A stretch of DNA of 62,000 nt, filler included, from Jimgerdemannia flammicorona (lineage: Eukaryota): NCBI GenBank assembly GCA_003990765.1. It is 3 parts of 3 records of this genome, joined end to end, with 100 filler letters (N's around TTAATTAATTAA, not from the genome) between each part and the next. Parts side by side here need not be neighbours in the genome. Positions count along the whole stretch, not along the records: positions 41,402 to 62,000 come from RBNJ01001638.1; 2 more parts are not named here. One strand, written 5' to 3'. Positions 54,752 through 62,000 of the stretch are shown piece by piece (position 1 is the stretch's first letter; every line of letters begins with the position of its first letter). The notes beneath the pieces are model-generated. The model worked only from the letters and a program-made list of their open reading frames with translations. It ran no database searches and had not been told where the DNA came from. The position numbers and the translations under genes were made by a program.

Positions 54752-56705
54752 CTAAATCTGCACCTCAATATCCATAAACTCCATTTCCCCCTCCCTCTCA
54801 CCATCCCTCGCCTCGCCCTCATTATCGTCGTCCCCGTCGAACCACTCCCCTTCCTTCTCAACCCTCCCACCCTCTGCCTCTCTCCCTCTCGTCTCCTTTC
54901 CCCTTTCTGAATCCTCTGCCGCATTCCTCTGCTCCTCCTCTCCATCCTCCAAGAACCCCAAGATATCCGGCGGAATCTCCTGCATCTGTACCGATGGCGC
55001 CCCCTGCAAGTACCTTAGCTGCTCTAGCACGCGCTCACGTATTTTTTTCAGATAAGCTTTATCGTTTTGGTTCTCAAGCCGTCCCGAGAGGTGAGGATGG
55101 AGCAGGTAATCGGGCGCGAAGTACTCCATGTATTGATTCTTGGGCAGATCGTTGGGGATGTCGGAATCAACAACGATCGAGGTCTCATAGGTCCAGCATC
55201 GGGCGACATTGCGAATGGTATAGCCGCCGCCGCCAACGACCAGGAGCGGCAGTTTGAACTCCTTGATAAAGCGCACGCACTCGCCATGGGCCTCAATCGA
55301 GAGGTTGAAGCAACCGAGGCGGTCGCAGCCGAGGGAGTCGGCGCCGCATTGGAGGACAATGGCCGAGGGGCAGAATGTGTCAATGGTGGCCTTCATGATG
55401 GATTGGAAAAGGTCGACGTAGGAAACATCATCAATACCGTCACGGAGAGGGACGTTGACCGAGTAATATTTGCCCAGGGCGGAGCCAATCTCATCCATGT
55501 TGCCTGTGCCCGGGAAAAAGTCGCCATTGTACTTGTGGAAGGACACAGTCATAACGCGATCTGTGGTGTAAAAGGCTTCTTGGACGCCGTCGCCATGGTG
55601 GATGTCGATGTCGACGTACAGGACACGGGGATAGTATCTGACGGGAAGGTGGTTGTGTGGTCATTAACGTTTGGGCAAACGTAATTCCAAGGCATAAAAC
55701 CTGGTTCGGTGCACACACATGTTAAAGCGTAAACCGAAAGAAAAAACAACACCACCAATTCTCGACCTGCGTCCCACATTTCGTACCAGTGCTTTGACCC
55801 CAACTCCCTCTGACGTCGCCTAGTTATCAACTCACCTCAGCAAGTTCAGTATTCCCAACACAATGTCATTCACATAGCAGAACCCACTCGCCTCGCACCG
55901 CTTGGCGTGATGTAACCCGCCAGACCAGTTGACACAAATGTCGGCGCCATTGGAAACCAGTTTCCGTGCGGCGTCAATGGTGCCACCAGCATAGATTTGA
56001 CAGAATTCGTACATGCCGTCGAAGATGGGGCAGTCGTCGCCAACGTTGAAGCGTTGGAAGAATTTGGAAAAGTTGGAGACGTTGTCGGGGGTGACTCTTG
56101 GGGAGGCAGGGGGACAGAGGCGTGAGCATGGGTGAAGGGTATGTGGCAAACACAAGGTGATGGGGGGGTCAAACGACTAAAGTTTGTAGATATGAACGTT
56201 TCGTTCGTGTTATTATTTCAGATTGCTGGGCCATCACGACGATCCGTTTCTCCGCAAAGGTACAGTTCTCGTGATGTGATGGTTGTTCGCCCAATACACA
56301 CCTTTTTAAGAAGTCTACGTAATCTGCAGCATGGAAATCTAAGATCTCCTGCTCTGTCGCCTTGCGGGGTTGGAAGATCTCCATTTTCTGGTGCAGGTCG
56401 TAGGTGAGGACGAGATGGTTCGTCAAAGTCAAGCGGTGAGGTTTCATGGGATGGCGCTCCTGTAGGTTAAGGGAACATTGATAAGAAAAAGTATGATGTT
56501 GGGGCAATTGCTCCTAGCTAGTGGTTTTGCTCACCCCATAGTGGAAATTTCCGACCTCCTCATCGTGAAAATAGGCGACGCGTGTCTTTGAGTGGGCTGC
56601 GAGCCGTACTGTTGAAGGAGAGTTGAGCTTTGTGTGTTTTGCCGAGTACTGGTCGGATGTGAAGGTTGGTGGGTCGTTGTCGCTCTGAGTGCGGCGTGGA
56701 GGCAT
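54752..56705 (-). CDS. HOS2: Class I histone deacetylase, Hos2/HDAC3-like, 4 exons
   Basis: [69 protein letters not shown]. Confidence 0.93.
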
Positions 56706-56823
56706 GGCCGAGAAAAAGAGGCGAAAGAGAGAAAGAGGGGTGATGTCATCAAATTAATACTTGTAATTTAAGTATCGCCCCTTTCCCCCCTTATTGATCT
56801 TTCATTTATTTATTTATTTCGAC

Positions 56824-57804
56824 ATGTCCGAACCCCCCCTTGCCCACTACCTCCTGAACCTGCGCGACAACTACTCCCATGACTTGCTCGCGAGCTTTTA
56901 CAAAGACTTGATGGTCCCAAACTTTGGCCAGTTCGAGTCAGGTGAGTTTCTCGTTTTGAAAATCCTGCCTTCTTCAATCCCCCTTCTCCCCCAACAAGCT
57001 CACTGTTTCCACCACCCGCCCTCAGAACTGGAACCCGTCTCCGTTTGGTTCAAGCAATTTGAGGATGCCGACCATCAGTCTCTGTATACGCTACACGTTA
57101 TTTTGGTCTTAGATCAGGATCCGTCCAAACTCAGCCATCATTCAAAGGCCGTCATCTACGGAGGCGTTTGCTGCGAGTATTATCCCAAGTCGAATTGCGG
57201 CCTCATGACCTACATCGCTGGTAATTCCAACTCTCGACCTTTGAGCATTAAGCATCATGGAAACAGGCAGGTGCCTTCCACACCTTTTGCTCAAACAACA
57301 ACCCCCCCCCCCCCCATCCTAGTCTCCCCAACTGCAAAGGCCAGCGGCCTCGGCAAGCTCCTCGTCTCTCACGTTCTCGCATCCCTCAACGCCGAAGCTC
57401 GATCACGCGGTCACGCCCGCTGCCACGCCATCTACCTTGAGACTAACAACGACCATGTAGACGCCAGCAAAGACGTGATGCTGCCTGCCACTCGCCGCAA
57501 GGTCTTGCACAAGCTCGGCTTCCGCATCCTCAAATTTGATTACGTCCAGCCACGCTTGTCCGACGATCAGGACAAGTGCCGCGACTTGTACTTCGCCGCC
57601 CACGACTCGTTCCTCGAGGAGCATGTTGGCGACGGGACCTCGAAGGTCCATGTGCTCCATAGTCAGCATCTGTTAGAGTTCATTAAAGAGTTCTACGTAG
57701 TGTTGCAGGGGGAGGACTCTATTACGGAGGATGAGGATTATTTGAAGGCGGAGAAGACGTTGAAAGGATTGAAGTACATTGAAGTATATGCCACACCAAT
57801 TTGA
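56824..57804 (+). CDS. Putative GNAT-fold acetyltransferase; introns 56942-57025 and 57221-57322
   Basis: Spliced product reads GGVCCEYYPKSNCGLMTYIAVSPTAKASGLGKLLV (acetyl-CoA motif A-like), AIYLET, LHKLGFRIL, YVQPRL. Confidence 0.78.
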   Translation: MSEPPLAHYLLNLRDNYSHDLLASFYKDLMVPNFGQFESGEFLVLKILPSSIPLLPQQAHCFHHPPSELEPVSVWFKQFEDADHQSLYTLHVILVLDQDPSKLSHHSKAVIYGGVCCEYYPKSNCGLMTYIAGNSNSRPLSIKHHGNRQVPSTPFAQTTTPPPPILVSPTAKASGLGKLLVSHVLASLNAEARSRGHARCHAIYLETNNDHVDASKDVMLPATRRKVLHKLGFRILKFDYVQPRLSDDQDKCRDLYFAAHDSFLEEHVGDGTSKVHVLHSQHLLEFIKEFYVVLQGEDSITEDEDYLKAEKTLKGLKYIEVYATPI

Positions 57805-58436
57805 TGTATTAATATTAATATTTCTGAGGTTTACCACTGCTTCTAAGTAGTCGTTATTATATTGGCATCGTGGCGGTAAATGCTTATACGCATATGTTGT
57901 AATCCGTTTTACAATCCCAAAGGCGATCTAATGTTGGCCATCGACCATAAAGTCTTTCGTTGTCATATTGGCATGATGGTTTCGATACAGCTAGATCACC
58001 AGAACCATGAAGTTTGTTCTAAGAGAGAGACCATTTTTTCGACCCGAGTGCGTTCACAGGCTCCATCATCTTTCAAATCACGCACTGTTAACAAATTCAT
58101 TCTTTGACTCTTCATGAATAAACCTGTTCGAGTCCCTCCCCTAGAACCCTCAACTAATATTGTCGTGTAGATGCATACGGCCATGTATATCCTCAAAAGG
58201 GAAGTGAATTAGTGACGTTATAAAAATCGGTTGCGGATTCCGTTGGTTTTTGTTTGCATCCTGCTTGCCTGTTGTCACGCGCTTTTATTCCTTTTGCCCG
58301 GCTGTATTGTACTGGCATTATTATTATTATTATTCATTGCCCGCCAGCAACTATGGACATTCTATCATTGTCGTCTTTTGACAGAAAGATTCCCCGGTCA
58401 TTCCGGTAATCTTTTGTCAATCTTCTTTTTGGGTCG

Positions 58437-58889
58437 TCAGCGGTCAACTTGAGCGATCGATTTCGTCCAAACTGTCAAAGCGAAGGAGGCCGGGACATTT
58501 TCCAATATCTCCTCCAACTCGGCGATGGTTATGAGCCGCTGATATTGCAGGTAGGTGGCGAAAGTCGCGAGGAAGTAGGCCTGCTGCACGGTTCGGGTTC
58601 CAGAGGTCATTGTATCTAGTGGGTAGAAAACGCGCTGGGTAGGAAATAGTAGCTAGCAAAAAATTTGGGAGACAAGACGGGACCCATACTTATGTCTGAT
58701 ACAAGCGAGGCCAAGCCTCCGTCAAGTGGCCACGAGCGTCGACGAAATGGTGGAGTGTGTTGCCGCAGATAACCGGCACTGTGACAGGACGTATAGGTTT
58801 GACGAATTGGTGCCGAGCTTCTCGGAAGGGCGGTATCTGCGAGGATGGCGATAGGTTCGGTCGAAATCCCGCACGGCTTGGCGGATCTC
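58437..58889 (-). pseudogene. TSN: Decayed translin (Tsn1) N-terminal fragment
   Basis: Remnants EIRQAVRDFDRTYR, VICGNTLHHFVDARGHL, YNDLW(+1 frameshift)TRTVQQAYFLATFATYLQYQRLITIAELEEIL. These follow the translin order. No start exon or C-terminal half is seen. Confidence 0.7.
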
Positions 58890-59204
58890 CTGTGCTTTAA
58901 AATATCGATTTATTTATTTATTTATGATTTTATTTGATTCAGAATTTAAGGATACCTCCACCTCCTAGATTGCACAACACATGCCCAGCATTTCGTTGCA
59001 TCACGCGACCACCATTATTTTACATCTCCCTCCTAATAATGCCCTCTCAAGAAATAAATAGAATTCGACTCATCCAGCGTCCCAGATCATTTTTACACAT
59101 TCGAATGCTTTATGGATTTTCACCTTTTTTTTTTCTTTTTTTTTTTGTCTCTGTGCGATATATTATAACATAATTCATCACCAAACACCGTAACATGCAC
59201 AAAA

Positions 59205-60008
59205 CTACTCGGTCTTTTGCTCTTTCTTCTTGAAGAACGACGCCCTCCATTCCTGCTTCTCCTCCTCCGACATTTGTACCAGCATGCCCTTGATATTGCC
59301 GCCACCGTACTCGTACACGGCGAAGGCGGTGCCGACAGCCACACAGGCCCCGCACATAACAGGAATAGAGTGGGCTGGGAGAAAGTGAAGTGGGGGGAGG
59401 TTTCGTATAGTGATTTTTGAATAAAAAATACAAAGAAATACATGGTTCTGAGATACAGCCAAGAGCAATGCGGGCCTCGGGGCACCATCCGAGAAATCGC
59501 GAGTCGAACAAACAAGAGAGGAACTGAAAAAACGCAAGAGTACCTCGAATACCGGCAACGATACCTGCCGCACATCCAGCAGCGGCTCTGTTCAACGCAT
59601 CATCCTCTTTACGAATCTCCCCGACGATACATTCGGTAGCGGCAAAGACACCACCCATGGCGGCTGGGATGCAATATATATATAAAAAGTGACACCAGTG
59701 CGGACGTGGAGTGAGGGTCGTGCAGCAAAAAAAAGGAAATGTTCCTAATTCGTGGCGCGCGCACGTTGGGCTGAATGTCTCCAAACGGTAACTCGTATAT
59801 ACGTTTGGAGCCGCCTTGGGGTTCGTTTCCCTCGCGTCTTACCAAAGAAGCCGATGGTGCCACCGGTGCGGGTGAACACACCCTTCGCGCCTTGCGAGTG
59901 GGTCCCAAGGGAATTCTGGACTGAGGAGACGAGAAGACCAGCTACTGCGAATGTTGCGCCAACTCTGATGGCGGCCTCGGGGCAGGCTTCGTTGTTGTGG
60001 GGAGGCAT
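59205..60008 (-). CDS. NDUFA11: Complex I subunit NDUFA11/21.3-kDa type (Tim17 family), 3 exons
   Basis: AGLLVSSVQNSL...GAKGVFTRTGGTIGFF|AAMGGVF...IRKEDDALN...GCAAG...RASFFK. Confidence 0.9.
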
Positions 60009-60061
60009 TGTGGGTTTGGGGGGGAGGGGTGTGGAAGTTTGTTATGTTTTGGCAGGCTCAG

Positions 60062-60094
60062 GTCATGTGACGGTGAAGGGACAAGTCACATGAC
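60062..60094. promoter_or_regulatory. Inverted pair of E-box-like GTCACATGAC motifs in the 150-bp divergent NDUFA11/thioesterase promoter
   Basis: GTCATGTGAC at 60062-60071 and GTCACATGAC at 60085-60094. The same 10-mer occurs at 48570 and 50008, upstream of other starts. Confidence 0.6.
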
Positions 60095-60158
60095 ATCCAT
60101 CGATTTCGCCGACACGCCATTCCTCTCTTCCCACTTCCTTCTTTCGCCCTTTCCCGGA

Positions 60159-61199
60159 ATGGACCCCTCCACAGTCGCCATCGCCCTGGCCATTCCTGTC
60201 GTGGCTCTCTGGTGCATGCACTACCAGAGCTTGCCCCTTGCCTACACCGTGCGCTCCTACTTCCTGCTAAGGTCCATAATCCCAAAGGCCAGATGGAACT
60301 TGCACTCTCCTTTAGGTGTGTTTAAACGTCCTCCCCAAGGTTTGAGTCGGCTTGTTCATTCCCCTCCCTCCCCCCCATCCGTGCTGAAATCATGCGCATT
60401 GTGTATAATATCCAGACCTCTTCACAGTCATCAATCAGTACGAGCGATGCCTGTGGGACGACATCGATTACAACTCTCACATGAACAATAGGTGCGTACG
60501 GACAGTTGGAGATATGTATCATCCGGTTCTGAGTAATTTGATGCATCCCATATCCCCTACTCCCCCACTTTTTTTTTTTTTTTTTGATTTTGATTCGCTC
60601 GATATCGGAATCGTAATCATCGTCCCCTCAGCTCGTACAACAAGATCCTCGACTTTTCCCGCATCCGTATCCTCTACCTCCTCTTCCCACGTGTCATGCT
60701 CGATCCGGACGCCAGCATCTACTGCAACAACGCCGGCGTCCTTACCCTGTTTAAAAAGGAGATCGCCCCGCTACAGCGCTACACCGTTCAGACCCGCGTC
60801 CTTACCTGGGATGATAAGTGGTTTTGGCTGGAGCACCGCTTCGTCTACCCAAAAGACCCAGCTGCCTACCAGAGGTGGCCGACCCGCCACCATCAGCAGG
60901 CCGATGAGGACACCGCCGCCGCCGCCGCAGACAAGCACGCCGAGGACGAGATCGTCGTGGCCTGCGTCGCCCTGTCCAAATTGGTCTTCAAGGAGCGAAC
61001 CGGCAAGACCGTGCCGCCGGCCACTGTACTGGAGATCTGTGGCCACGGGGTTGGTGACGAGGAGAGGGAGAGACGGAGGGCTAAGACGTTTGAGGTCGTG
61101 GAGGGGCTGCAGAAGACCGAGAGACTGTTCAGGGAGAGGTGGGGGGATGACGAGATCAGGAACGGGGCCGTGGTATCGTTGACCAGGGCCAAGCTATAG
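60159..61199 (+). CDS. Hotdog-fold thioesterase (THEM6/YBR096W-like), 3 exons
   Basis: N-terminal hydrophobic segment, DIDYNSHMNN|SSYNKILDFSR, FKKEIAPLQRY...TWDDKWFWLEHRF. Confidence 0.88.
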
Positions 61200-61956
61200 T
61201 GCCAACCTTGTGCGGATCAATGGTGGATATCCTAATTGGATGAAAGGCACACGTCGGATTCGTGGCGCTTGTTTAATCATATCAACTCATTTTTTCATTA
61301 CTTTTCTTTGATTATTGCTCATGTATTTTGCACTCAATCACCTGTCCTACATAAACATTTTATGATAACACATGCATTACATACTCCTTTTCTCCCGTTA
61401 CTGGCATAGCCATTATAGAGATTTTCAAGTGCTTACGTTTGACAATACTTGTATTATTGATAGAGGCCGAGTCTGGAAACAAAAAACGGTTTCTCTCGAT
61501 TTGAATTTTTTCAATGTATCGTGCCGACTTGGGTGCGTATCAATTGAAAGTTTCCATAGGGGGTTCTCTCTACCCTCCATCTATTGCTTCCGCCATCGTG
61601 AATCAAGTAAACGTGCGTGCCCGGCAGCAGCTTTTGCGTGGGTCGTGTGGTTATCTTTGGATACGTCTGTCCACAGAGTTGTGCCCATGTCCTTAAGGAG
61701 GTGAGGCCGTCTCTCGAATGGCCGTCGATGGCATTGACTTAGTACGGTTCTCTTAGGATGTGTGACGACGAGTTGCTTCAGTTTTAATGAACTGGACAGT
61801 TCCCAAATGAATGAACCCATATTTCCGGTTGAAGTTTAACTTAGAAGGGCAAGGCGTCGCAGGCCCATTAGAAGGTCTCTATGTACGATCAGTGTTTAAC
61901 GCAGTGTTTCAAACCGATAATTTTGGTACGGGAAGAATTGGATGACTGCCTCCCTC

Positions 61957-61960
<4 letters not shown>

Positions 61961-61994
<34 letters not shown>
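61961..61994 (+). repeat. (CT)n microsatellite at the window end
   Basis: Directly visible. Confidence 0.95.
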
Positions 61995-61997
<3 letters not shown>

Positions 61998-62000
61998 AAA

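Overview
Eukaryotic DNA, most likely from an early-diverging fungus (Mucoromycota/Endogonales-like; inferred from gene content, intron style and TE families). The window is three unlinked pieces of about 20.6 kb joined by artificial N44-TTAATTAATTAA-N44 spacers (20603-20702, 41302-41401). Pieces 1 and 2 are CpG-depleted transposon graveyards. They hold nested Ty3/Gypsy elements, L1/Tx1-like LINEs, a hAT-type MITE and a decayed intron-containing gene. One Gypsy is full length, with LTRs, a 4-bp TSD and a dUTPase; another is a chromovirus. Piece 3 is a compact, CpG-rich gene island: alpha-tubulin, a propeller-TRP-like channel, a small DUF2408/Cub1-like gene, two GNAT acetyltransferases, an alpha-arrestin, V-ATPase subunit B, a Hos2-type HDAC, a decayed translin fragment, NDUFA11 and a hotdog-fold thioesterase. 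The strongest candidate for an undescribed system is an accessory retrotransposon ORF family (approximate motif Y-[YF]-x-[IL]-G-xx-L ... A-x-[RK]-x-[YQ]-x-[LI]-[FY]). It lies between integrase and the PPT in three Gypsy copies, and appears again as a ~400-codon ORF inside the 2-kb LTR of the chromovirus. Repeats also show RIP-like C-to-T hypermutation at CpG and CpA. All calls come from reading and translating by eye; no database searches were run.
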